Source of the DNA: Eledone cirrhosa
Taxonomy: Eukaryota
DNA: 64,000 bases
Direction: 5' to 3'
NCBI GenBank assembly: GCA_964016885.1
Contig: OZ024741.1
Span: 295,182,001 to 295,246,000 of the forward strand
Shown: positions 39,455 through 57,079 of the stretch, piece by piece
Layout of the letters: each line of letters opens with the position of its first letter
Position numbering within the stretch: the first letter of the stretch is position 1
Program-made: the position numbers and the translations under genes
The notes under the pieces: generated by a model
Told to the model about the DNA's origin: nothing
Seen by the model: the letters and a program-made list of their open reading frames with translations, nothing else
Databases searched by the model: none

Positions 39455-40029
39455 AAGACGACAGCTGTATAAAAAAGTGCAGGGCAATAAAAATAAACGG
39501 TAGCCACGGAGTAGGCAGACCAAGAAAAACCTGGGACGACTTGACATATTCCGACCTCACACACTTACACCTCTCCAAGACAATGTCACTGGACCGAGAG
39601 CTTTGGCGCTACACAGTAATAGAGAAAACCCGCCTTACCTAAGTACAAAGTGAAACCTTCTACAGTCAGTAGGCACCTTAACAAAATACACCCTGTCCCA
39701 CTACCCCATCCCATCCACACCACCCCTTCAATGTAAAGTTATGTTGGTGTCACAACATCCAGCCCGAAACAAATGAGGTCGTGTAGGTCTCACGACAAAA
39801 AAACACACAGTCCACGCTGTAATGTGGCCGTGTAGGCAACACGGTAAAAACCTCCCAGTTCCACACTGTAAATGTGGTTGGTGTTAGGAAGGGCATCCAG
39901 CCGTAAAAAACCTGTCAGACAGTCCTATGCGAGCAAGACAATCACTCTTGCCTCAAGTGGGAAAACCCCCGTCCAAACCCATGCAAGCGTGGAATATGGA
40001 CGTTAAACGATGATGATGATGATGATGAT
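39455..40029 (+). mobile_element. RTE family A 3' fragment
   Basis: [10 protein letters not shown] plus the family A 3' UTR ending GGACGTTAAACGATGATG. Confidence 0.9.
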
Positions 40030-40077
40030 ATATGTATATATATATATATATATATATTTATGTGTATATATATATAT

Positions 40078-41089
40078 CATCATCATCATCATCATCATCA
40101 CTGTTTTACGTCCGTTCTTCCACGCTAGCATGGGTTAGACGGGTTGTCCTGTTGTGGGCAGTGTCTGGTCGGCTGACCATGCCTTGCTCATACAGGAACT
40201 GATCTAGCTTGATTTCTACAGCTGGATGCCCTTCCTAACACCAACCTCATTTACAGTGAGTGCTGGGTGCTTTTTCGTGGCGCCTACACGTCCACTTTAC
40301 AGTGTGGGCTGGGTGCTTTTTTGCCGTGGCACCTCCACGACCACCTTGCGGTGGGGGGGGGGGCATATTGTTTATATGCTTCAGCATGTACCCATGGGAG
40401 GTCGGGTACCCTGTATTACTGCGTGACGCCAGAAGTCACGGTCGTGTGTCATTGACTTTGAGAGGTGTAGTTGGGTAAGGTCGGCTTTTATGACCTCATC
40501 CTAAGTCATCTTGGGTCTCCCCACTCCGCGGTTTCCATCAACTTCTAGTGCTCTGCACCTTTTTATGCAGCTGTCATCCTTCATACGCATCACATGTCCA
40601 TACCAGTGTAACCGCCTCTCCTGCACGCAGCATTTGATTCCTCTTATGCTCAGTCTCTCTCTCAATTCATTTATGCTTTGTCGTTCACGTATATTACTGT
40701 TACACATCCATCGGAGCATGCAGGCTTCGTTTCTCTCTAATCTACGTAAGTCTTCCACCTTCAGCGCCCAGGTCTCACTACCATGCAACATCGCTGTTCG
40801 GATACACGCATCATACAGTCTGCCTTTCATTCTGAGGGAGAAGCCTTTTGCAGCTAGCAGTGGTAGTAGTTCCCTAAACTTCTTCCATCCCGTTCTTACC
40901 CTAGTTATTGTACTTTCTGAGCACCCACCTCCGTTGCTAATTCGTGGTACTTGTTTCCTGTGGCTGTTTGCTTGCTGTTTCAGCACAGCTGCTGCATGTG
41001 AATCCTACATTCTTAATTAAGCTTCCTGAGATCCCGCTACATCTCTTGTGTACCCATTGTTTGCATTTGGGGCAAAGAATGGAGTTCCA
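40078..41089 (-). mobile_element. RTE family B, 5'-truncated, RT motif 7 deleted
   Basis: NSILCPKCKQWVHKRC, then ISNGGGCSES..LHGSETW..WYGHVMRM; a ~55-bp deletion near 40943 relative to the 48.3-kb copy. Confidence 0.9.
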
Positions 41090-41151
41090 TATATATATAT
41101 GTATATATATGTATATATATATATGTATATATATATGTATATATATGTATA

Positions 41152-41487
41152 TCATCATCATCATCATTTTACGTCCGCTTTTCCCTGCTTGCAAGGGTGG
41201 GACGGGAACTGATTCTGGCTTGATTTCTATAGCTGGATGCCCTTCCTAACACCAACCTCATTTACAGTGAGAGCTGGGTGCTTTTTTGCCGTGGCACCTA
41301 CACGTCCACTTTGCAGTGGAATGATAGGGACTCCAGTCCCTATCTTCTCATTTCTACAGCTGAGTAACCTGAAGCAATGTGAAATAAAGTGTCTTGCTCA
41401 AGGAAACAACACTTCACCCGGTCTGAGAATTGAACTCACAACCTTTCGATTGCAAAGCCCACTGCTCTAACTACTAAGCCATGTGCC
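41152..41487 (-). mobile_element. SINE family A, type-1 tail
   Basis: Same structure as the 35385 copy. Confidence 0.9.
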
Positions 41488-41493
41488 AACATA

Positions 41494-44918
<3,425 letters not shown>

Positions 44919-44982
44919 AATTTTAGTACAGCATACACGAAGCTGTAGTATACGGCCAAGCTAGCGTGTATATATATATATA

Positions 44983-45024
<42 letters not shown>

Positions 45025-45028
45025 AATA

Positions 45029-45622
45029 TCATCATCATCATCACCGTTTTACATCCGTTCTTCCACGCTAGCATGGGTTAGACGGGTTGTCTGGTTGGCT
45101 GACCTTGTCTTGCTCATATAGGAACTGATTCTGGCTTGATTTCTACAGCTGGATGCCCTTCCTAACACCAACCTCATTTACAGTGAGTGCTGGGTGCTTT
45201 TTTCCGTGGCGCCTACATGTCCACTTTACAGTGTGGGCTGGGTGCTTTTTTGCCGTGGCACCTCCACGACCACTTTGTAGTGAAAGGGTGTGGGGGAATA
45301 TTGTCTATATGCTTCAGCTTGTACCCATGGGAGGTCAGGTACTCAGTATTACTGTGTGATGCCAGAGGTAACGGTCGTGTGTCATCGCCTTTGAGAGGTG
45401 TAATTGGGTAAGGTCGGTTTTATCACCTCATCCCAGGTCTTTTTGGGTCTCCCCACTCCGTGGTCCCCATTGACTTCTAGTGCTCTGCACCTTTTTATGC
45501 AGCTGTCATCCTTCATACGCATCACATGTCCATACCAACGGAATCTCCTCTCCTGCACACACCATTTGATTCCTCTTATGCTCAGTCTCTCTCTCAATTC
45601 ATTTATGCTTTGCTATTCACGT
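45029..45622 (-). mobile_element. RTE family B 3' fragment
   Basis: RERLSIRGIKWCVQERRFRWYGHVMRM; type-2 tail. Confidence 0.9.
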
Positions 45623-45714
45623 ATGTAGCAATATGTATATATATGTATATATATGTATATATATTTCTATTTCTATATGTATATTTATATTTGTGCAAGA
45701 GATGTCAACATGGA

Positions 45715-45915
45715 TGGACCTGTTACTTTTATTAAAAGACATTGTTTCCAATTCCAACCTGCCCGTCCTCTCAATCTAAGTTATTTCTCATTCTGTCTTA
45801 TGATGACTAGCATCCTAAACGTTAAGACCCTCTCCCTGCTATATCAAGTGTTAACCTAATATATCCCTTCCATATACTGTACCGATTGTCTTGTTATTTT
45901 ATATTTACCTTTTAC
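45715..45915 (+). mobile_element. H1 hammerhead element (degenerate core)
   Basis: GTCTT-ATGATGA...TCC-TAAA-CGTT-AAGAC with perfect stem I, followed by TATATCAAGTGTTAA as in H1. Confidence 0.55.
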
Positions 45916-46088
45916 ATACATATGTATATATATATATATTTATATATATATAATATATAATATATATATATATATTATATATTTATTTATATATATATAT
46001 ATATATATAATATATATATATATATACACATATATATTTATACTTGTATATATATATATATATATGTATACACATATATATTTATACT

Positions 46089-46130
<42 letters not shown>

Positions 46131-46215
46131 TTTTTATACTTGTATGTATATAATATTAATATTTGTATATATATGTATATATATATATATATAAAATATA
46201 TAAATATAAAATTAA

Positions 46216-46260
<45 letters not shown>

Positions 46261-46345
46261 TATACAAATATTAATATATATATACATACAAGTATAAAAA
46301 TATATATATATATATATATATATGTTTATATTTGTATATATATTT

Positions 46346-46993
46346 ATAAGAGGGATCAGATATTGTTTACTCGAGAGAAGACTACGTTGGTATGGTCACG
46401 TGATGCGCATGAAAGACGACAGCTGTATAAAAAGTGCAGCGCAATAAAAATAGACGGTAGCCATGGAGTAGGCAGACCCAGTAAAACCTGGGACGACTTG
46501 ATAAATTCCGACCTCACACACTTACACCTCTCCAAGACAATGTCACTGGACCGAGATCTTTGGCGCTACACAGTAATACAGAAGACCCGCCTTGCCTAAG
46601 TACAAAGCGAAACCTACAGTCAGAAAGCACCTCTTAACAAAAATACACCCCGTCCCACTACCCTCACCCCATCCACACCACCCCTTATGATGTAAAGTTA
46701 TGTGGGTACCACAACATCCAGTCCAAAACAAATGAGGTCGTGTAGGTGTCATGACAAAAAACCACACAGTCCACGCCTTAATGTGGCCGTGTAGGTAACA
46801 CGGGAAAAACCTCCCAGTCCACACTGTAAACGTGGTTGGTGTTAGGAAGGGCATCCAGCCGTAGAAAACCCACCAGACAGTCCTTTACAGGCAAGATAAC
46901 CAATCTTGACTCAAGGGGGAAAATTCCCGTCCAAACCCATGCAAGCATGGAAGATGGACGTTAAACGATGATGATGATGATGATGATGATGAT
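46346..46993 (+). mobile_element. RTE family A 3' fragment
   Basis: [27 protein letters not shown] plus the family A 3' UTR and (GAT)n. Confidence 0.9.
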
Positions 46994-47254
46994 TTGTATA
47001 TGAATTTGTTTTGCAAGGTTTTGATATGGAATCGTGTGTCGAAACAATGTTTATCATTGATTGACCAGTGGTTAAATATACAGATATAAATATATATATA
47101 TAGTCTATCATATCTATATATATATATAGTCTATAAATTCTTTCGTTGCACATCTGCAACATCATCAGTGGTACAATTATGTTCCCTTCTATTGTATTGT
47201 AATGGCGTAGACACTCATTACAATGGCATAGAACCTCCCCCAGCATAACTATAA

Positions 47255-47305
<51 letters not shown>

Positions 47306-47325
47306 TATATTCATATTTGTATATA

Positions 47326-47711
47326 TCATCATTTCATCATCATTTCATTTTACGTCCGCTTTTTCCCTGCTTGCAAGGGTGGGACGGGAACTGATTCTGG
47401 CTTGATTTCTACAGCTGGATGCACTTCCTAACATCAACCTCATTTACAGTGAGTGCTGGGTGCTTTTTTGCCGTGGCACCTACACGTCCACTTTACAGTG
47501 TGGACTGGGTGCTTTTTTGCCGTGGCACCTCCACGACCACTTTGCAGTGGAATGATAGGGACCCTAGTCCTATCATCTCATTTCTACAACTGAGTAAACT
47601 GGAGCAATGTGAAATAAAGTGTCTTGCTCAAGGACACAACACATCACCCGGTCTGAGAATTGAACTCACAACCTTTCGATTGTAAGGCCAATGCTCTAAC
47701 CACTAAGCCAC
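47326..47711 (-). mobile_element. SINE family A, type-1 tail, two internal ~50-bp units
   Basis: Same structure as the 20811 copy. Confidence 0.9.
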
Positions 47712-47864
47712 ATATATAAATAAATCAACTAATACCTTAACATTTCACACAAAGTAAAACATTTCGTTTTAATCATTTTCTAACCCAGAAAAAAGAGAGA
47801 GAGAAACAAAAAAGGAAAAAAATATATTTTTCTTCCTAATAATCGTCTCTTTCTCCTTGTTTTC

Positions 47865-47912
<48 letters not shown>

Positions 47913-47942
47913 GCACACACACATATATATTTATATTTGTAT

Positions 47943-49143
47943 ATAGCTGAATCTATGGTAGAACTGGAGAAGAAATTTTAAACATGGAAGCAGGGACTAG
48001 AAAGAAAGGGTCTCAAAGACTAAGATCCTCGTAAGTAGACGAGAAAACAGAACCCAGATCCCCTCAGGGAAATGGCCTTGTTCAGTATGTAGGTAGGAAC
48101 TCCATTCTCTGCCCCAAATTAAAACAATGGCTACACAAGAAATGTTGTGGGATCTCAGGAAGCTTAACTAAGAATGTAGGCTTCACATGTAGCAGCTGCG
48201 CTGGGACAGCATGCGGCAAACAGCCACCGGAAAGAAGCACCACCAAACTCTGGGAGGGCTCTGTAAAAACAGTAGACAGCTTCTGCTACTTAGGTGACTG
48301 AATTAGCAGTGGAGGTGGGTGTTCGGAAAGTACAATAATGAGGGTAAGAATGGGATGGAAGAAGTTCAGGAGCTACTGCCACTGCCAGCTGCAAAAGGCT
48401 TTTCCCTCAAAATGAAAGGCAGACTGTATGATGTGTGTATACGAACAGCAATGTTACATGGTAGTGAGACCTGGGCGCTGTCTGTAGAAAACTTGTGTAG
48501 ATTAGAAAGAAACGAAGCCTGCATGCTCCAATGGATGTGTAATAGTAATATACGCAAACGACAAAGCATAAACGAATTGAGTGAGAGACTGAGCATAAGA
48601 GGAATCAAATGCTGTGTGCAGGGAGAGGCAGTCGCATTGGTATGGACATGTGATTCATATGAAGGATGACAGCTGCATTAGAAGTCGATGGAAGCTGTGG
48701 AGTGGGCAGACCCAAGAAGACCTGCGATGAGGTAATAAAAGCCGACCTTACCCATTGCACCTCCCAAAGGTGATGACACACGACCATGACCTCTGGCGTC
48801 ATACAGAAGACCCGACCCCCCACGGGTACAATCTGAAGCTGAAGCATATAGACAATATGCCTTCACACCCTCCCACTGCAAAGTGGTCATGGAGGTGCCT
48901 TGGCAAAAAAGCACCCAGCACTCACTGTAAAGTGGACATGTAGGCGCCATGGAAAAAAAGCACCCAGCACTCACTGTAAATGTGGTTGGTGTTAGGAAGG
49001 GCATCCAGCTGTAGAAATCAAGCCAGAATCTGTTCCTGTATGAGCAAGGCAAAGTCAGCCGACCAGACACTGCCGACAACAGGACAACTCGTTTAACCCA
49101 TGCTAGCATGAAAGAACGGACGTAAAACGGTGATGATGATGAT
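47943..49143 (+). mobile_element. RTE family B, 1.2 kb, degenerate
   Basis: AESMVELEKKF, GKWPCSVC, ISSGGGCSES, LHGSETW; type-2 tail. Confidence 0.9.
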
Positions 49144-49167
49144 ATATATATATTTATATATGTATAC

Positions 49168-49556
49168 ATTGTGGGCAGTGTCGGTTGGCTGACCATGCCT
49201 TGCTCATACGAGAACTGATTCTGGCTTGATTTCTACAGCTGGATGCCCTTCCTAACACCAACCTCATTTACAGTGAGTGCTGGGTGCTTTTTTCCATGGT
49301 GCCAACACGTCCACTTTACAGTTTGGGCTGGGTGCTTTTTTGCTGTGGCACCTCCACGACCACTTTGCAGTGGGAGGGTGTGGGAGCATATTGTCTATAA
49401 GCTTCAGCTTCGGCTTGTACCCGTGGGGGGTCGGGTCTTCTGTATTGCTGCGTGACGCCAGAGGTCACGATCCTGTGTCATCCATCACCTTTGAGAGTTG
49501 TAATTGGGTAAGGTCGGCTGTTATCACCTCATCCCAGGTCTTCTTGGGTCTACCCA
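49168..49556 (-). mobile_element. RTE family B 3' fragment lacking its extreme 3' end
   Basis: GRPKKTWDEVITADL; lies tail-to-tail with the preceding copy. Confidence 0.85.
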
Positions 49557-49576
49557 AAATATATATATCTGAATGC

Positions 49577-49616
<40 letters not shown>

Positions 49617-50041
49617 GAAAGGTATAGAAAGTATTGTAGCAAGAAGCCAACAGTATTCCATAATATATAAGTGACTGTAGCATCAAAATGGGAAAATAGT
49701 TAACGTAAGATGTGGGAAAAATAATTCAAACTCAATTCAAAAAGAATCAAGATATAGATTTATCCAACAGAATTTAGTGAAATCCAGGGAAAAATCAATA
49801 GAGCCTTAACTCATGATAAAATAAAGTTTAAAATACTCATCCTTCAATTTGGAACAAGTACACACAAATGCTCTGTATAATCTTGAAAAGACTATTTCAC
49901 GAAAACTTTCAGTGGAGATGGTCACGGTTGGAATTCGATCCTCAGCAGAGCTCAACACGATAGCCAAATTCTCACTGATTAATATGCTAAAAAGGGAATT
50001 TAAAAGCAGGTATATATATATATGTAAATATCTCTCTCTCC

Positions 50042-50078
<37 letters not shown>

Positions 50079-50085
<7 letters not shown>

Positions 50086-50674
50086 AAAATAAATTTAATT
50101 AAATTAAATTAAGGGAGTCATGTTCGAGACATGTGCCATATCCACTGTAGATTAAACTCAAAGATTCCAATGAATAGATCCGAGCATTTTATATCAACTA
50201 GAAATTGATTGACATATATATATATATTTAAAATAAACACATGAAACAATCACAGGGGATAATTTGTAAAGTGTGTAATCACGCACAGCTAGGTAGGTAA
50301 CTAATTAAAGTTTAACTAGAGCTTCAAATATTACCTTTTAAAAAATGATTAATCCTCCTTGTACATATTTCATTAAAGAAATATATTTCACCAATAATCC
50401 GTAAAGTCACAGTAGTCAAAAATCCGATCTTCAGCAAGGAGGAAGATATAACTATCTGTGTTTACACATCAAATGCAAATCTGCGAGTGACCCGTCGCAC
50501 GTGTTGCAATTCTAAAACTACTAACAACATACTAGCGTCCTCCCATTGGCGTGAATAGGGTGATTGACAGCTATAAATAGCAGCCGAGTCCTTTCAAATG
50601 ATTTAGCTCTACAATTAAGGAGCCGTTTATATATCCGAAATAAATTTAATTAAATTAAATTTAGGGAGTCATGT
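50079..50674. other. ~500-bp unexplained segment bounded by ~45-bp direct repeats
   Basis: TATCC(A/G)AAATAAATTTAATTAAATTAAATT(A/T)AGGGAGTCATGT at 50079-50123 and 50630-50674. Confidence 0.6.
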
Positions 50675-51095
50675 CCATGATATATATAGATATATATACA
50701 TATATACATTGTACTACTTAAATGTCAAACATTTAATTATGTATGTACTTTGTCCTATATAATTTCTCATACATTCTGCTTCGTTTTCATTTTATAATTA
50801 ACCCTAAATTTGTTTACAAAGAGAATTGACTCTTTATAAGTTATTGACTGAAGTGTGTGTGATAAAGATATGGAATAGTTACCTTTGACACTGAAAGTAA
50901 CCCTTATTCCATGCTACATATATACAAACATATATTGTGTCTAAGAATGGGAAATATCTAAGTGTATATATAAATATGATCTTACACACATATGTGTGTG
51001 TGTCGGGTTCATTCCGGGGGTAACCACATTAGGAGGATTTTTTTTTTATGAAACAGTTCTAGTCCTTTAGAAGCCAATTCTATTCTTAAATTATA

Positions 51096-51139
<44 letters not shown>

Positions 51140-51141
<2 letters not shown>

Positions 51142-51355
51142 AAAATCAAACAGAAATAACAAACGAAATGACATGGTTCAATGAAGGAAAATAAATTAGT
51201 TTTACACTTGATAGAGTACGGAAAGTGTGTTAATGTTTCAAACGTTAGTCCTTCATCAGGAAATAGAATTATAGCAAGATAGAGGAAAGTGGGCAATGGC
51301 AGAAGAAAAAAAAAATCTCAAAGAAAAAACAGGTCTATTCAAATGACCATCTCTT
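51140..51355 (-). mobile_element. H1 hammerhead element
   Basis: Minus CTGATGA-AGGAC-TAAC-GTTT-GAAA-CATT at about 51232-51259. Confidence 0.65.
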
Positions 51356-51442
51356 GTATATATATATTACACAGCTGAAGTATTTTGTATGTATACAGAT
51401 ATAAATTTATCATAGGCTTCGGTTGCTTAGCACACTACTTAA

Positions 51443-51750
51443 TCATCATCATCATCATCACTGTTTTACGTCCGTTCTTCCACGCTAGCATGGGTTAGAC
51501 GGGTTGTCCTGTTGTGGGCAGTGTCCGGTCGGCTGACTTTTTCTTGCTCATACGGGAACTGATTCTGGCTTGATTTCTACAGCTGGTTGCCCTTCCTAAC
51601 ACCAACCTCATTTACAGTGAGTGCTGGGTGCTTTTTTTCTGTGCTGCCTACACGTCCACTTTACAGTGTGGACTGGGTGCTTTTTTGCTGTGGCATGATA
51701 GGGACCCCAGCCCTATCATCTCATTTCTACACATGAGTAAACTGGAGCAA
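51443..51750 (-). mobile_element. SINE family A, partial, type-2 tail
   Basis: Type-2 RTE tail joined to the GATAGGGAC..CCTATCATC hairpin and the start of the CORE-like body. Confidence 0.8.
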
Positions 51751-52065
51751 TATCTTAACTACCAACATATGCACGTTAGTATGTCCATTTCAGTATAGGG
51801 AATATCAGCCACTTCATTATATATTTCCTTGTGGTTGTGTAGGAGAAATACATACCTTCTTTGAAATCCCAACTACGCATGAAAACCAGTTAAAAGTGTT
51901 TGTCATTATTTTATTTTACAGGGAAATACGTGTATTTCTCATGTTTACAAGTCTATAAATTAAAAATATGTAAATTTCTATATTTATCTATATAGTCATA
52001 GTCACGTCTATTCTCTCTCTATCTCTCTATCTCTCTCCTCTCTCTATCTCTCTCTTCTCTCTCTA

Positions 52066-52128
<63 letters not shown>

Positions 52129-52174
52129 CTATACATATATGTGTGCATGTATGTAATATATGATCACATCTATG

Positions 52175-52385
52175 TATGTGTGCAAAAAGTAAATGGAAAC
52201 AACAAAGCAAACAACACAGTGCAATGAAAAATCATATTAGTTTAACACTTGATATAGTAGGAAAAGAGTCTTTACATAGTGGCATGAGTCCTTCATCAGA
52301 AGATAGAATGAGAAATAAAAAATGAAATAGGAAGATATAGAATGAGAAGAGGAAAGAACAGAAACCATTTTTGTGTGTATTCATG
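52175..52385 (-). mobile_element. H1 hammerhead element (GAAA half decayed)
   Basis: Minus ATCTT-CTGATGA-AGGAC and CTACTATATCAAGTGTTAAACTAAT. Confidence 0.65.
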
Positions 52386-52419
52386 CAGCAATATATATAT
52401 ATATATAATTTTCACATCA

Positions 52420-52650
52420 TTGAGTGCTTTGTAACTGCTTTAAATAATGTGATATGGTTTTTCCCCAAAATGCATGATGGTACATATGTCCACAGCCAGC
52501 TTGAGTTGCCAGTCTGTAATCCATTGCTGCATTGTGTCAAGGTCTGTTTGCTGGAAAGATTTATGGCATACAGGATCTGTCCTTTTCATTTCAAGGTACA
52601 GCTTGATGTCTTCTGTATATTTCATCACTGTGACATTCTTTAAGTTGGCA
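52420..52650 (-). pseudogene. CR1/L2-type RT fragment
   Basis: KYTEDIKLY..QTDLDTMQQWITDWQLKLAVDICTIMHFG corresponds to the YADD..LQ.DL..W..WQL.....KC region. Confidence 0.75.
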
Positions 52651-52654
52651 TCTA

Positions 52655-53850
52655 TATCATCATCATCATCGTTTAGTGTCTATTTTCCACGCTAGCATAG
52701 GTTAGATGGGTTTGTCCCATTAGAGGCAAGTTGGGTCAGGTGACCATATCCCGCTCATATAGGACTGTTTCTGGCTGGTTTTCTACGGTTAGGTGCCCTT
52801 CCTAACGCTAACCACATTTTGCTGAGTGCTTTTTGCCGTGTCTCCTGCGTGACCACTTTACAGTGTGGGCTGGATGTTTTGTGGTACCAACATAATATAT
52901 ATATATATATACATTTCTTTGTATATACATATACCATCATCATCATCACCATTTTATGTCTATTCTTCCACGATGACATAGGTTGGTCAGACAAATTGTC
53001 CTGTTGTGGGCAATATTAGGTCAGGTGACCATATCTTGCTCATAGAGAGCTGATTCTGACTTGGTGTCTACAGCTGGATGCCCTTCCTAATGCCAACCTC
53101 ATTTACAGTGAGTACTGTATACCTTTTGTCGTGGCGCCTACATGACCACTTTACAGTGTGGACTTAATGGAACGTGAGACCATACATAAACACACAGGTC
53201 ACTTGCCTGCCTGGAAGATCAGTGGCTCCACTTCTGTACTGACCTGGTCTATATGCACCCATCTAACCCTTGCTAGCCAGGAAAGCAGACGTTAAAATGA
53301 TGATGATGTATGTATATATATGCATATATCTGTGTGTGTGTAAATATATATATATATATATATATATTAATTAAAGGTTAATTAGTCTCTAATGGTCTCA
53401 ATGAGTGGATAAAATATATAGATAATATATTATTCTGAGAAGCAATATTACATATTAAATTTAAATGAGAAAAACTCTATTTATGGGAGTATAAGTCAGA
53501 CAGACAAAAAAAGATTATTGGTGATTCAATTATTGGTAATTCCAATAAATTTCTTCTGCAAATGAAACCATGGTAGGGAAATCTTTATATAAGCTAGAAC
53601 AACTAAAATATCATTTTTGTCTGTCTGACTCCTATAAATAGAGTTTTTCTCACTTAAATTCAATATGTTATATATATATATTAATGTTATATATATATAT
53701 ATATCATCATCATCACCGTTTTTTTCCATGCTAGCATGGGTTAGACAAATTGTGTTGTTGTGGGCAATGCTAGGTCAGGTGAACATGTCTTGCACATACA
53801 GAACTGATTTTGGCTTGGTATCTACAGCTAGATGTCCTTCCTATCACCAA
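52655..53850. mobile_element. Cluster of old RTE-type 3' UTR stubs
   Basis: Minus stubs at 52655, 52935 and 53703 with a GCCCTTCCTAA-type core and (CAT)n, plus a plus-strand stub ending GACGTTAAAATGATGATG at about 53308. Confidence 0.7.
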
Positions 53851-53883
53851 CAATATACATATATATATCTGTATACATATACT

Positions 53884-54137
<254 letters not shown>

Positions 54138-56349
54138 TATATATGTGTGTATCTGTATACATTTATATGTGTGTGTATATATATATAATATGGGGCTTCC
54201 CATGTACAAACCACATTCTAGTCGGTTGGCTGTGATGCAGATAAAATGAAGCACTCAACAGCGTGTATAAATGGTACAAGCCGGAGCATTATAGAGTATT
54301 AAGTAGATTGAAAGCCATATGCAGTTGTATTCAGGTTTATTTTCTTCTTCATGATACATATTTCGCTGAGATTGATGGCTAGGTAGTTTTCTTCCTATCC
54401 AATCAACTAGCCTGAGTTTGTCAGATTGTATAAAAATCTTTAAACAATTTCACACAACTTAAAAAACTTTAAAATATGCAAAATATCAGGTTATGTTATT
54501 GTATTTTTGTATCTATTTTATTCCATTTCCATTCACTTCTTGTATGATCACAATTTAATTTATCCACTGTTTTTTTTTTTTCCTTTTTATTTACCTTGTA
54601 TCGTTTTATAATATATACATTGCTGGTTCACTTATTATATTGTACGTTTCTGGCCATACTTTAATTTACTTTAATTTAATTTAATTTATCTTTAATTTAA
54701 CTTTCTGTCATATTCTTATTTTAGCATTTAAATCAGCCGTATCCGGCCAGAATTTTCTGAGCTCTCTCTGTTCAAAGCGGCTGTAACTGGTCGCTTGTAC
54801 TGATGTTAAGGTATTGTTCTAAAAATAAATAATATCAAAATCTCATAGATTCAATATCATGTAAGATAATTATGTAAGGTAAAGCCTTTACTGTGAAAAT
54901 ATAATAGTATACATAGAATAATATAAATGCACCCTTTGCCAGCCTACACTATTTAATTATTTACAGCACTCAATAATCGCTTCATATTGATTAGACATTG
55001 TCTGCTTTTTGTCATGACACTAGTTCTACGAATATACAGAATGCATTTGGTGCTTTTGTCATGGCACCAACACTACCGCTCTACAGAGTGGGCCATGGTG
55101 TATTCTACCGTGACACCAGCATAACTTCATTACACTATTTGGGTATTCTTGGCTTAGCTGTGAGTCAGGGGTGGGTGGAGTAACATGAAACAAAATGTCT
55201 TGCTCAAGAATATAATGCATCACCCGGCGCAGCAATCAAACTTGGATCCTCATGATTGAGAATCCAATTTTCTAACCAGTAAGCTATTTACTGTGTGTAG
55301 TTGTGTGCGTTTGTTTATATCAGGAACACTGTTACTTTTAATTTTATCCTGAGGCAGAATTAGTGTTACACAGTGTGTGACAAATTTAACCCTCTTCAAT
55401 TACAGGTGCAATATATTTTACAGTATTCCATAGTTTCCACCTAGCCAATTTCATACACAAGGTTTGGATTGACCTGAGGCTATACTAAAAGCCACTTTAC
55501 CCTGGGGCTTCATGATTGTGAAGCAAACTTCTTAATTATTCGGCCATGCTTCTCTCCATATATGTATCATCATCATCATCAGAGGAGGAACATCACTACT
55601 GCTGCCAACACCACCACCACCACTATCATCAGCATCTAAATGTTACAATGGTACATTTTAGTTCCATAAATATTGATTTGACAAAAAGAAATCTAATAAA
55701 TAAATGCTAGGGTCAATGCAATTGAGTTTATCCCTTTACTTTTAAGGCAGCATGGCTAAAGTCTAATGACTGAAACTATTAAAATAAGCATAGCCATTAA
55801 TGAAATTGAGAAGAATTGCAAGAGAAAGACAGACACAGCAGCATATTTAATGGACTAAATGTTTATCAAAGTTCACTGATGCCATTACAGTTAAATGTTA
55901 TTTCTTTAATGAACTTCTTGAGGAGTTAAAATGAAGGTTAGCAGAATATTTATAGCTTGAAAGTTGACCAGTTATATTTAACTCTTGCAAAACACCAATA
56001 CCTTTTTTTTTTTTTTTTGCTACACTGTCACATTTCATTAGCAATATAAATATTTCTTTAAATTGTCTACCTGATATGACTGTCTAGTTAAGAAATTCAC
56101 ATTGTGACCATATGGTTTTGAGTTCAATTCCTTGGGCAAGTACCTTCTTCTATAACTTCAGACTGACCAATGACTTTGAAGTTAAATTTATGAATGAAAC
56201 TGTACAGAAAGCTGTCACATATATTTATGTATGTTTGTCTCTTTTTTCTCTCCCCCCCCCCCATCCCCCTCTCTCTCTTTCTCTCTTTCTTTATATATAT
56301 ATGTGTATATATATATAGGAAAAAGAAGTTGAAATGCAACTGGAGTCTA

Positions 56350-56538
56350 AATAATTGTTTCTACTTTTGGCACAAGGCCAGCAATTACACAGTGTATTAC
56401 TGGTACTTTATTTACCGACCCCATAAGGATGAAAGGCAAAGTTAACCTCAGCGGGATTTGAACTCAGAATGGCAAGGGCCGTAACTCTATGCGTCAAAGC
56501 ATGGCGTCCGACCCTCTACGATACTGCCAATCGACTGC
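56350..56538 (-). mobile_element. SINE family B
   Basis: Minus TGGCAGTATCGTAGAGGG, B box GAGTTCAAATCCC, core TTTGCCTTTCATCCTTATGGGGTCGGTAAAT. Confidence 0.8.
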
Positions 56539-56574
56539 AAAATCCAATGTGTATTTGTCCGTCATGCACAAGAG

Positions 56575-57079
56575 ATGACTGAGGAAGGAAGGGGTGATGA
56601 CAAACTACAGAAAGCAGCATCTATGTGTATACATGTATAGTATAGCAAATTGGCTATACACATTGGCTGTTATGATTACATGAGTGTTTGTGTATATGTG
56701 TGTTTGTGTGAAATATATTTATATATTTTTGTGTTTGTGTGTGTTTATTTAGAAAGATACATATACAATATCATTACAAACACACACATCTACACAAACA
56801 GACACACTTGGAAAAAATAATTATTACATACACACACATCTTTGATGACTGAGGAAGGAGGGGTGAGAAACTATAGAAGTCCAGCATTCTAAGATTTGTC
56901 ACACTTGTGTGTGTATATGTGTAGCGAATTGGCTACACACATTGGCTGTGTGTTTGTGTTTTTATCACTTGTGTGAGTGAGTGTGAAGGAACCAACACCA
57001 ACCAACAAACATCACTTTTTTATATAATCTATAGATATTACAATTAGCTGTCATTTTTGACAGCACAGGGCCAGCTAGT
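56575..57079. mobile_element. Diverged tandem duplication next to Helitron-like termini
   Basis: GATGACTGAGGAAGGA..AATTGGCTA.ACACATTGGCTGT occurs twice about 270 bp apart; hairpin GCTGTC/GACAGC lies 10 nt before CTAG-T at 57075-57079. Confidence 0.4.

Noticed and set aside
54355-54425. Minus-strand hammerhead CTGACAA...GAAA
   Set aside because: The core is mutated and stem II does not start next to it; at most a decayed PLE-like end.
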